Below, piece by piece: positions 51,121-62,126 of a DNA stretch of 62,126 nt. The stretch is from the NCBI GenBank assembly GCA_050575255.1, contig JBNZDD010013657.1, forward strand, positions 2,917,830 through 2,979,955, read 5' to 3'. A program made the translations under genes and the position numbers. The notes below the pieces were generated by a model, which worked only from the letters and a program-made list of their open reading frames with translations, was not told the DNA's origin and did not search any database. Each line of letters starts with the position of its first letter. Position 1 is the first letter of the stretch. The DNA is from Harriotta raleighana (Eukaryota).

Positions 51121-52419
51121 TATGCACAATATTAAGTTTGAGTATTTTAACTAGTGAATAAATATCCGTCTGGTGAGAATGACATAGAATAGGCTAACCT
51201 CGTAGCCAAAATAAAATTACTTTATTTTCTGAAAGTGCTTTTCCTGGATACTATCAAAGAAACCATCAAAGGTTAAATCTGATTTCTAATGATGACCGAG
51301 AAAGTATGAATACATGAGGTATGAATTTAGAACTTATTTTAGATACTGCTTTTAGGTAAGGATGTTGCATGATATTCAGCCTTGTTGATGACTGAATGAT
51401 GAATACTAAAATAAAATGTGCTGGGAACACGATTATCCGTCAAGTGTTCCATCATGGGAGTGAATAGGAAGTGATTTGGTAGTTTGGAATTCTGGGCTGG
51501 GATCAGAATAATGCTTAGCTGAAGCAAACATTATGTGGACTTGATTTTTGGAATCTTGCTCCACATTCATTTGTTTTTAAATGAAACTTTTAACTATTTG
51601 ATTATTTCAGTCAGGCAGCAGTGGGGACACATAAGTCAGTACTTCACATCCTAGACACACCCTTGACGATTGAGAAGTCGTTCCACCAGCTGGATGGAAT
51701 GGAGCTTCAGCAACAGTTGTCTATATCTACGTATATTAATCAAGATAGATAGTAAGGCTGCATATATGCATATATGTGCATGAATTTGGACTCCAGATGA
51801 TACCTTCCAGCAATTGTTACCCTGTTTCTTTATCGTCTATTTAGTTGGCGGCTGTCTTCAGAGTGGTGGAAAGCCAATTTGTGATGTGCCACCTACCATG
51901 ATGTTGTAGGTCTACTCTGTCTGAGTCCTTATGCAAAGAGACATGCCCAGTATGAAGCAGATTGTGAAACCTGTATGGTCTTGAGGGACAGGTCAGCTGC
52001 CTGGAACCATTTCTCCCTGTCAGTTTTTAAAACTACCTCGCAGCTTAGTCCTGGTGGACACAAATGGACAGAAGGAAACCACTGCATGCCCAAGGGCTAT
52101 GAACCATGAAGGAAAACCCTTTTAGGCATACCTGTATGTCGTAAATGTCAGAGGCCTGAATTGCATTTGATCTCAGCTTTGAGTGAGAAGAAGAAATTGA
52201 GATGCCATGTTCGAGATGAGCCAGTGAAACTTGGGTGTAGAAATTTGACTTATTAAGATATTTATATTTGTTGTAGTTATGAAGCAAAACTTAGTATCCT
52301 GGTTAGTTTCAACAAAATACATTAAATTCTCAAGTTCTTGGCTAGCATTTGTTTGAGGTGCTGTTTTTTGGATAAGATGTTAGCTGAGTTTCATTCTACC
52401 TGCTCCAATTCTACCTGTC

Positions 52420-53499
52420 CCACTGTCTGCATTTGGTGGCCATCAATAACTTCTCCTCTAGTCCCTGCACTTGTGGCATCCCTCAGGGCTCTGTCCTCGG
52501 TCCTTTTCTCGGTAATCATGCTTCCACTCAGGCAAGTGGGTCAATTTACCAACTCTATCTAGCCGCCTCCACCCTAGACTCCAGGACCATTGATGTCCTG
52601 GCTAATTGTCTGTCTGATATCAAGTTCTGGATGAGAGCCACCTTTCTCTAGTTTAATGTTTGCAAGCCAGACGCACCTCCTGCGTGGACCCCGACAGAGC
52701 CTCCTCACCTCAGCAGCTGACAATATCACTATGGCTGCATTCTTCACCTCACCAAGCCAATCTAAAACCTCAATGATCTTTTTAACCCTCAACTATCCTT
52801 CAAGACCCACATTTATGCCATGATTCAATCTGCCTCTCATAGAGGCCATCAAGACCCTGATCCATGCTTTCATTACATCCCACCTTGACTATGCAAAGTG
52901 CCTGTACTTCCAACTCTTCCCTCCACAAGCTGCAAATTATTAAGAACCCTGCAGCTTGTGTCCCCTCCTGCATCAGGCTTTGGGCTCCTATCACCCCCGT
53001 TCTTGCCCGGCTTCACTGGTCCCCATTCCTCAGAGAATCAAGTACAAAATTCTTGTTCTTACATTTAAAGGCTCCACAGTCTTGCTTCCCCCTACCTCTC
53101 CAACCGCAAAACTTATCAGCCTGTTCGCTCCCTCTGCCTGGTGGACACTGGCCTGCTTCAGGCCCCCCCCTAATTCCCGCCCCACCATTGGCGATGGGGC
53201 ATTCAGCATCTCTGCCCCCACACTTTGAAACTCTATTGCGCATCCCTCCGTCTCACCCCCTATTGCTTCCTTCAATACCAAATTTGATTTGTAAAGTGTC
53301 TTTCATGTGCCAAGGCACTGGGACATCTCGTCCTGTCTGAAGACCTTCCTCTTCGGCCACTCTTCACGCCCCCAACTTCCCTGCCCTCCTCTTCTGATCC
53401 CAACTCCCAGCTTGGGTCCAAAACTCCTGATTAGCCAAGGCGCTGGGATGTCTTTCCAACATATAGGATATGAAACAAGTACAATTTGTTGTTGTTGTT
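52420..53499 (+). mobile_element. L2 LINE, decayed, RT through 3' tail
   Basis: CGIPQGSVLGP RT motif, ITPVLARLHW and IPQRIKYKILVLTFK, ending in (TTG)n. Confidence 0.9.
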
Positions 53500-56400
53500 C
53501 AAGTGGATGGTTAAAGACTCAACAGTACTGTTCAGAAAGGAGAGAGTTTCTTACTATGTCTGAGCAAGAATTATCCAGATCAGCTGATATTCCATCTTCT
53601 GGCTGTTTCTGATGCTACAAATTCTTGTTGCACTTGCGTACAATTAAACAGTCAATAGACACGATAGAAATTACTGTGAAAAATTTGAAAATGTTTTGAC
53701 ATAAGGCTCTATAAAAATGCAAATTATTTTATTGTTTGAGTTCCATGCCTTTACTACTGGGATAGAAGTGAATTATTACTGCAGTATTAGTATGCAATAA
53801 GCAAATCTAGTATTTTGCTCATCTTGAAATAACTTTCTAGACAACAACAACAAAATTACATTTGTAGAGCGCCTATCACGTCGGGAGGACATCCCTACCT
53901 ATTGTAGTTACAAAATTTGTTAAACTACTGTGGATCTTCCTCAGTTCAAATTTCAGGAGAAAATGTTTTTTAAATAGTTTTTAATCGAATAGGGAGAGCA
54001 CAAAGTACTGTAGTTTGTTTAAGCAGTTGTACAAAATTATACACGGGAAGAACAAAACTGAATTAAAAGAATTTGCAGTGTGTTTGACTTTGGCTTCTAC
54101 ACTATTTTAATGTTCCTGCAATGTTTGTGGAATATTGGCGTGGGAAAGTTTGTGCTGCCAAATAAATTGAGACAAATGTTAAAATACTCATAATATTAAC
54201 ATTAATTACTTCCTTGTTGTCCTTTATTCCCTTGAATACTTTTTCTCTTGGGAATATTGGGTCTTTACAATAACTCAGTCAGTTTTTAATGGGTGCATAC
54301 AGTTTGAAATTTTGAACAGATCTTGTCCCTCTGTTAATGGCTTTCATGTTTACTCATTTATTTCCTCTTTATTTGGTTTCATCTTGCCATTTTTATGTTT
54401 TCCTTTTTTTCCTCTATTCGGGATCCAGATTACCTTGTAAGTTAGCTGTTAGTATCCTCAGTGGAGAATCAACAGCATGGGGTCCTTCTACTGATGCCTC
54501 CACATTGTACTCTGCTTAAAAATGTGTGTGTGTGTATAGAGTTGACTCTGCAAATAGTACTAATGATCAGAAGGCAGTTGAATAGACTATCAGGAATGAG
54601 GTAAAATGTTTAATATGCATCCACTGAATTCATAACAGCCAGTGTATTAGTTTTGGGATGCATTAGATTTCAGTCCATCATAAAGATAAATCTATGATGA
54701 CTTGTTTAACCGCTGCATTTTCCAAGCCAGTTGGCTTGAAACTGTATTGGGTAAGATTGTTTAAAGTTCATTCAGAGTTTGAGGATTTTGTAATAGATTT
54801 TTTTGGCATTGCTTTTATTTCAGCAACGTGTATGTGTGTGCGCGCAGAGCTACTGACCACCACCCATAAATCATAAGGTTTACAAGGCATTTACGGCACA
54901 GAAACATACCACTTGGTCTAATCAGTCTGTGAATCTCCAATTCTTTACTCCCTCCCATTTTGCTTGGTTCCCCTTTCCTTCATGTGAAGGTCTGCCTTCT
55001 TCTTGAATGCACATACACTGATTCAGTCACTGCTTCATAACTTTGAATATAAAGCTAGTTGAGTTGTTCTTATTCAGTACAGATAGTTGACAACTGTAAT
55101 TCCAAGCCAATAGTCCTTCATGGGCTTTGTTCCTGGCATAATTTTGTGAGTCAGCTTGCATTGCATCATTTTTTTTAATCACTAGTTTTCATGGATGTCA
55201 TTATTCCAATTAAAGTGTCCATGCATTCAGTTAGTTAGTTGTTAGTTCAATAATCTATCCTATTATAATTCCGGTTTCCTAATTTGGTTTTTACGTGATA
55301 ATTTGCATCCCATTTCATGTATTTATCCCCTGACATTTTAAATTATAGTTATTCTAATATGTGGGTTGGGCAATTGTAGCTTTAGTGCTAAAAATATGAA
55401 TTGATGTGTAAGTTTTGATGTGTGAATTTTTTTTGTGGGCAGACCTTCACATGCAGAAGGCATTTGTTTCACTTGCTTTTTGCAGAATGTTGCCCTGTTT
55501 AATGGACCAATTTTATTTAGAATCAGCATTCTTGTATCACTTTTCCATGTTTCAGAAAGAAATAGTGAGAAAGTCTAAATGTCTTTTTCAGCTCCATGTT
55601 CCCTCAATGAATAAATGGTAGCGATTCATACCGAATACTTGTGTTTGTGCTCTTATTCTGTAGAGATTCTCAATAGAATTTTAAATGAGCCATTCAGCTG
55701 CAGCTGATCTGTCCTTGCCCTTTGTCGATGGATTGTGAAAAGTGGAGTTGTTTAATGGACAGATTTCTTGTTTCTGCAGTCAGACGACCGCTGAACGGTG
55801 TCTGATCTGCAGCTGGGGCCTTGCAGTTCATTGCTTCCTCAATGGGAAGGCCTGTTGTACAGGTGCTGCATCGCTGCTTGCTCTTCTCTTCCACTGTTGC
55901 CAAGGTTATTGTCTTGTTTCTGTGAGTTTTGGAGACATCGATTTGAAACTGACTTACCAGCACCTCTGTGATTTAAGATTTAAGGTTATGCTAGCTACAG
56001 TATATGAGAGCTTGTTGGTTTTGTAATGGTGGATAAAACCCAAATGTTTGGCAGGTATACCTCAAGGCAAATCTTAACAGCTTGAACCTTGTCATTATAT
56101 GATGGTCTTTCATGAATGGAGTACTATTAATTCATGTTAAATGAGAACAAAGTGTGTATCACTGCCCGAAATTGCATTTACAAAATAATCTTGTGCAGGA
56201 CAGGAAAATACCATTGTACTTCATCTGGTTAGCCTGAAAGAAATAAACTGCTGCTATTAAAACATTGATGTGTGGCTTTTTCATTCCATGCATTGTTGGG
56301 TCAGTGCACTTACTCTATGGATAGATGCTATGTGTCTTCTGTTCTTAGTCTTTCTGATGTCTTCGCATAGTAATATCATTTGTAACTTCTAAACAAACTG

Positions 56401-56924
56401 TGCTTCACATTTCACGAAGGAGAGACATCTAAGTGAGGTTTGCAGTGGCAACATGTGGGTGTGTGATAACATGATAAGGTGCTGAAGAAGCATACTCAAA
56501 TGCAAGTATTAATATTAAATTAATTTGTCAGGTTCTGCACAAATAGATAGGCTCTTCACCAGACAAACCAATTTCAAACGATTTATTCAGTTAACCATTT
56601 ATTGAGCAAACTGTAGGTGATGTTCAGAAAATTTATTCTGCTGCTCATGAGCAGAAATACACTAGGTCCCGATATAATCTGTCCTTGTATGTCTATGCAC
56701 ACCAGTTTCCATTCTCGCTTGACTCATTGTTCGTTTATCAATCATGCTGGGCACTGACACGTGTGTTCCACTCCCTGGCTGGGGTACTCTATGCATGATA
56801 CTGTATTTTTAAAGCTTCAGAAGCCAATCTTGATTTGTTTTCCCTTCTCACCTTACCTAGCAGCTATTGTCATACTTTGGTAGTCCAGGCCAATAGCTTA
56901 ACTTTCCAGGAAGGCCTAGCTTCG

Positions 56925-57320
56925 TGACCTCCTCCTCGCCCAACTCCATTGGCTCCCCATCACCCAGAGGATCCAATTCAAGATCCTGCATGTCCTCTTT
57001 GCTCAGCAGGGTTCCGACCTGCTCCATCTCCCCTGACCCACCCGCCCCACCATTGGTGGGCAAGCCTTCGGCCACTCTACCCCAAACCTCTGGAACTCCA
57101 TTCAGCAGTCCCTCTGTCTCACTCCCTCCCTGCCCTCCTTCAAGTCCCACCTCAAGACCCTCCTCTTCGATGGTCCCATCGGTTACCCCAAATCCCCCCC
57201 TTTCCCTCCATCCTCTCCATCCCCAACCCTAGCTCGAGTCTGAAACAAATGACTGTCTAGTACCTTTGGAAGTTCCCCTGATGTGAAATGCACTATACAA
57301 GTGTAATTTTGTTGTTGTTC
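56925..57320 (+). mobile_element. L2 LINE 3' fragment, internally deleted
   Basis: CTCCATTGGCTCCCC..TTCAAGATCC..CTCTGGAACTCC..tail (TTG)n. Confidence 0.85.
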
Positions 57321-58264
57321 CTGTCTTTCTGCTCAGTTAATTACATAGAGGTGTTGCTATGGATTGTCTCCCGTAACCAGTGTTTTTAAAGTAGGCAGGC
57401 TTTTCAGTCTCTGTGTCAAGCCCAGTTTTATACTCTGTAGGAGGAGAGAGATCCGATTGAGGTTTTTAGTGGAATGAATTGCTCTAAATTAATCACTGTT
57501 TCCACAATAGCACAATGTAAGATTAGAATCAAACTTTCTATCTTTACCGTATAAGATTTGAAGTTGCATGTGGACAGCAAAACGCATCTATGAGGTTTAG
57601 GCTGCTAACCTTACCTTCATTGTTCAACAGTAAGTTCGCAACAGGAAGTGTTTGATCTTATGGACCTAATATGGGAGAATGCATGCAAAATAGAAGTGAA
57701 AAGCTGTTGATCTAATCCGATAGTTTGGTCTTCCATATTGCTTGTGTGTTCATGAATCTCCTTTATTTCAGCTCTAATACACACAGATGGTTTATTACAC
57801 CTAGCTAAGTTCAATTTTTGTTTTTTTTGCTCTTGCAGCTCTTGTTAAAGCTTGTTTGAATTTGGTTACTTACTATACTGCTTTTCTGCAAGAGTAGACT
57901 TGCGCCTTACATTTCACGAAGGTGTAGTGTCTCTATTTGAGTCAGAGCATATTTTATACCTCACCGGCAGACTTCAATTTTGTTTTCTACTAACCTTTGA
58001 GTCTTGCCTGGGATCTACTTGGCAGTACTATACTTAGAAGTATTAAACTGTGTTAAATTAGTGCTTTTTTAAAGAAATGTTTTCTTGTCTTTTGTTACCT
58101 GAAGCTCTTATGTTTGTCTCTGATGAGAACTCCTGATAGACACTGTTCTGGCAGAATGGTGACAACAACACCAAATTACATTTGAATAGCAAAACAGTTT
58201 GAGATACTGGCTAACAGTATACTGGTAAATTTTATAAATAGCCAAAAGGGGAAAGTTTAGAGTA

Positions 58265-58581
58265 CAGTAAAAGCCCGTTTATCCGTGACTCGATGAACCG
58301 GAAAACCCGGTGAACCAGCACCTCAAAAAAAAACAGAAGTTATCCGGCAGAATAGCGATGACGCATTTAATGAATCAATTGTCGCACATGAGTATTGTGC
58401 AGGTATATCGGCTGGCTGCTAATCGAGCCTAAATTATTTAGGCTAACAATATTGTTATTATCTGTTATTTAGTCTATTATTATGGTCTGTGTTAAAATAA
58501 TTTTTAATTTAAAAAAAAACTTAAACCGGAACCGTTTAACTGGCCAGATCTCGTAGGTGCAGGATAAACAGGCTTTTACTG
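58265..58581. mobile_element. Non-autonomous Tc1/mariner-pogo (Tigger-like) MITE, 317 bp
   Basis: TIRs CAGTAAAAGCCCGTTTATCC / GGATAAACAGGCTTTTACTG (one mismatch), flanked on both sides by TA. Confidence 0.9.
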
Positions 58582-59439
58582 TATTAAGATATTGGTTTGG
58601 CTCAATTAGTGGTACTTTTCAGCTGTGCATCAGAAAGTTATGGGTTCAAGCCTGGACTTTGATCCGATGGTCCAGGTTGACACTGGGGTGGAGATTCTCT
58701 GAGGTGTCATCCTTTGATACTGAAGATTGTATTACCAGATTCAAAAAGAGAAGGGAGTGTTTCCTAGTTACCAAACTTCCAGATAATTTGGTCATTCACT
58801 TCATGGCTACTTTGGGACTTTGATGACACAATTGCTTTGTAAGTGCATTGAAGCGTTTTGATGTTGTAGGCACTGGGTCAAATTATCTTTAAGGTCTTTG
58901 GAAACAGAATAGTTATAAAGATCAAGTTCAGAAGAACAGAAAATGAAGGTCTGCTGGGTGGTAAATGGGTTCTTGGACTTTGGTTCATATCCAGCCCAGA
59001 TTAATCTTTTTCGACTCTTTCATCCAGAATCTTCCCAAAGACGAAATAGGATAGATTGTGGCTACATTCTGCAACTTTGTGGAACTCCTCCAGATCGCTT
59101 CAGATGCATCTGCTGGATTAGAAGGAAATATTAACAGGTAGGAAAGTTATCATTTGCATAGACCATTGGATCATTTATTTGTAAATTTGACTACTGGCAA
59201 TAAGATCAAATAGGTACTGTTTTTTTGGTTGCAATAATTTACTATGTTGCTTGGCAGTGGTAGAGGAGGGAAAGGAAGGTGGGCAGTCTGTGCAAACCTT
59301 ATGTTGCGTCTTTAGACGTTGAGAAATGCAAACCAAGTTGGAGTTTGCTTACTATGACCAAATCAATCCATCTATAAATAAGGCTGTGCAATTTATTTTT
59401 TCGGCACTCAAAAGAACATTTGATTTATGATAGTCTGAA

Positions 59440-59780
59440 AATGTAGTGTGTTTGGATTTATATTGAAGTGCAGTGATTGTATTTGTAGACAGATCTGCAC
59501 TTTATTTGTGCACAGCAAGATTCCATAAACAGCCATGAAATGAAATCCAATTTTATTTGTGGGATTATCGGACTTCTCTTCAAGTAGTGCCCACATGAAC
59601 TGACAAATGTGAACTTGGTTTCATGTCTCAATTGAAGGACAGCACTTCTGATTATTGCAGCACATCCCCAGCACAATATTAGTAGTCTACTATGTAAGTT
59701 CAAAGTCTTGATGTGGGGTTTGAACCCACAAGCTTCTGACTCAGAGGTGAGAATGCTACCAACAAGAGCAAGACTGACAC
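59440..59780 (-). mobile_element. Old Deu-domain SINE with tRNA head
   Basis: Antisense head (TTTGAACCCACAAGCTTCTGACTCAGAGG) plus Deu core and 3' GCACAGCAAGATTCCATAAACAGC. Confidence 0.7.
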
Positions 59781-59824
59781 ACCCAGCAGTTTTGTTGGTA
59801 CTGAAGTTTGTTACGCCCTGACCA

Positions 59825-61101
59825 CTTGTGAAAGTCACAAACAATCTCCTCTCTATCTGTGATTAGGACTCCGTCTGCCTCCTCGTCCTCCTGGACCTCT
59901 CTGCAGCATTTGACACAGTCGATCACAGTGTAGTGGAGTAGTCCTCCACTACCTCTCCATCATCCACCTCAGTGGGACTGAACTCGCTTGTTTCGAGTCC
60001 CATCTTACAAATTGACAGCAGTACATTTCCGCAAATGATTTTTCTTCTCACTTCCAATCGATCACCTGCACGGTATCCCAAAAATCCATTGATGGGATAC
60101 CCCGCAGGAAGTTTACCCCTTCTCTTCCACATTTATATGCTCCCTCTCAGTGATTTCATCCACAGTCATGAATTAATTTCCACATGGAAGCAGATGACAC
60201 TCAACTCTACTTTTCCACCTTTGGATGTGACCCCAGTCTCCTGATATTCTGTCAGTGTGTCTCGGACATCAAGAGTTGGCTATGCGCAAATTTCCTGCAA
60301 TTAAATGTCAACCAGAAAGAAGCCATACTCTGGCTCCCATTGGCATCTTATGTCCCATGGTTCCGACCTCTTCATGCTGTCCTTAAAACTCCAAACCTGT
60401 GCGCAACTTCGGTATCCCTCAATTATCCTTCTTTCCCCACATCTGGTCCCTAACCAGCACTGCTCTCTTCCATCTCCGCCACGTTACCCCTTAATATGTC
60501 AGTACCTCACCCCAAAAGCTGCCAAAACCCTTGTCCATGCCTTTTTTTTCCCCTTGGTTGGACAACTGTAACACCCTCCTAGCCGGTCTCCCCTCCTCCA
60601 CCATTCAGCTCATCCAAAACTGCTGCCCGCATTATCGGGCATTGTGCCAAACTTTGTACCCTGATTACTCCAGTCCTTGTCAAACTCCACTGGTTCCCCG
60701 CCTCAGAGTGAATCAACTTCAAGATCCTCACTCTGGTGTTTAAATCCCTCCATTCTTCAGCACCCTCCTACCCCTCTAACTTCCTCGCTCCAAACAGCAC
60801 CACCCATTGTCTCCACTCTATTGTGTCCGGTCTCCTCCTTGTCCACTGATTCATTCATTATCAGCGGGCATGCTTTCAGCCAACCTATGCCCCGAAATTT
60901 TGGAACTCCCTCCCACAACCTTTTCACGTCACCCCCTCCTTCGCATCTTCGGGTCACTCTTGAAGACCTTTCTGTTCAAACGTGCTTACTATCACCTTCC
61001 GCCTACCCCATGGTTGGTCTCGGGCTCTGCCATTGTTAAGCGCCCTGAGCCCTGAGATGCCACACAGTGTGGAGGGTGCTATATAAATGCAAGTTGTTGT
61101 T
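59825..61101 (+). mobile_element. L2 LINE, decayed, RT through 3' tail (second subfamily)
   Basis: LVLLDLSAAFDTVDH at ~59882-59926, ADDTQLYF at ~60189, LDNCNTLLAGLP, and a GGAGGGTGCTATATAAATGCAAG(TTG)n tail. Confidence 0.92.
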
Positions 61102-61180
61102 TTGAGCATTTTGGTATAAGTTTTTTCTGATGATGATAATAATCCTTGCATTTGATGTAGCGCTTTCATGTCTTCTAGAC

Positions 61181-61540
61181 CAGTGTTTCTTAACCTTTTT
61201 GATGCCAGGGACCGGCGAGCTATCTTCCTAAACTGACGTGGACCTCTCTTAAGGTCCTGGCCATTTTTGTCTTTTTTACTGCTAGATTTGTGTATATGAT
61301 GTCAAAAAGCTACACCCCCGAAAGTTAGTATGGACTGAGAGAAAGTAACTACGCTGTCACTGTACCCACCGCACATCACTAGTAATTTTAAATAGAAGTG
61401 GAGCGACATGGAATGGAACGTAAACATACTATGAACTGATTTGTTTATACTATGAACTGTTTGGGATTTTGTGAAAATCTGCTCTGTTCCGAAATCAAAG
61501 ATATTTGTGTCATGTTTTTATTTTCTTCAAAATTTATATA
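61181..61540 (+). mobile_element. hAT (Charlie-like) DNA transposon left part; right end not seen
   Basis: Terminus CAGTGTTTCTTAACCTTTTT follows the 8-mer TTCTAGAC, which fits the NTCTAGAN hAT-Charlie target preference. Confidence 0.7.
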
Positions 61541-61815
61541 CAGTAAAACCCTGTTTATCCGGCACCCACGGGACCTAGCCAGTGGCGGTTAAACGTTTTT
61601 TTCCGGTTGAACGAGTTTTACTTTTTTTTTCCATTTTTTTTTTTTTTTTAATTACAAATTATTTTAACACATGCCATATTAATAATAGACTAAATAATAA
61701 CAGAATATTCTATTAGTACATTATTATTTATACTTCACAATCACAGCACTGATTCGACGGAGGTAAAACAAAACACAATTTTAAAAAGCAACGAGTTTAG
61801 ACCTGATTGACGGCC
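61541..61815. mobile_element. pogo/Tigger-like element related to the 58265 MITE, opposite orientation, far end not seen
   Basis: TA then CAGTAAAACCCTGTTTATCC; internal AAATTATTTTAACACA..AATAATAGACTAAATAA is the reverse complement of MITE sequence at ~58465-58505. Confidence 0.75.
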
Positions 61816-61816
61816 A

Positions 61817-62126
61817 GCACACACACACAGACACAGACAGACACACACACACAGACATACACAGACCCTCAAAGATATTCAGTCTGAATCCCATCATATA
61901 AATTCTGTCCACAATCCTCACCCACCCCTCCCTTTCTTCTCCTCCTCTCTCTCTGCATCAACCTGCCTGCCATTACTCTCTATTTCTCTCACTCCATTAT
62001 GCTTTCCCCCATCTCTCTCTCTCTCTCTCCCTTTTCCCCATCTCTCATTCCCTCCTCTCTCTTTCTCTGTCTCTCTCCCCCCACCCCTCCCCATTTCCTC
62101 CATTCCCCCCCCCCTCTCCGTTTCCT
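61817..62126. repeat. (CA)n-like microsatellite followed by a long polypyrimidine (CT-rich) tract
   Basis: Seen directly. Confidence 0.85.

Noticed and set aside
56406-57922. Shared 14-mer ACATTTCACGAAGG at ~56406 and ~57909; short tandem duplications at ~21005 and ~49201
   Set aside because: Isolated matches of this length and short slippage duplications are expected in 62 kb.

Overview
This is vertebrate genomic DNA, not prokaryotic. The repeat content (tRNA-headed SINEs with Deu/L2-type tails, L2 and CR1 LINEs, a Penelope-type remnant) points to a cartilaginous fish, probably a chimaera (inference). Only one protein-coding gene is identifiable: the first two coding exons of a minus-strand CCBE1-family gene. 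Exon 1 CDS is 27079-26976 (signal peptide) and exon 2 is 26453-26373 (81 nt, CCBE1-type Cys-rich N-terminus). Intron 2 runs off the left edge (>26 kb). The sequence is divergent enough to suggest a CCBE1 paralog rather than the ortholog. About 14.5 kb upstream, a CpG-island promoter with several CCAAT boxes and a non-coding first exon (donor after 41928) starts a divergent plus-strand gene whose coding exons are not seen. The rest is intronic or intergenic and rich in nested mobile elements. Most short ORFs in the track are repeat-derived or chance. Seven single-N sites flanked by duplicated sequence are assembly artefacts. Main second-look items: the CCBE1 paralog; an unidentified decayed coding-like block at ~4.4-7.8 kb; nested inverted repeats at 16-17.9 kb; covarying 3' stem-loops shared by SINE and L2 tails; an L2/SINE>hAT>pogo nested insertion; a locally templated L2 patch inside a SINE; and several intronic hairpins. 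Repeat family names come from recalled consensus features, not a database search.
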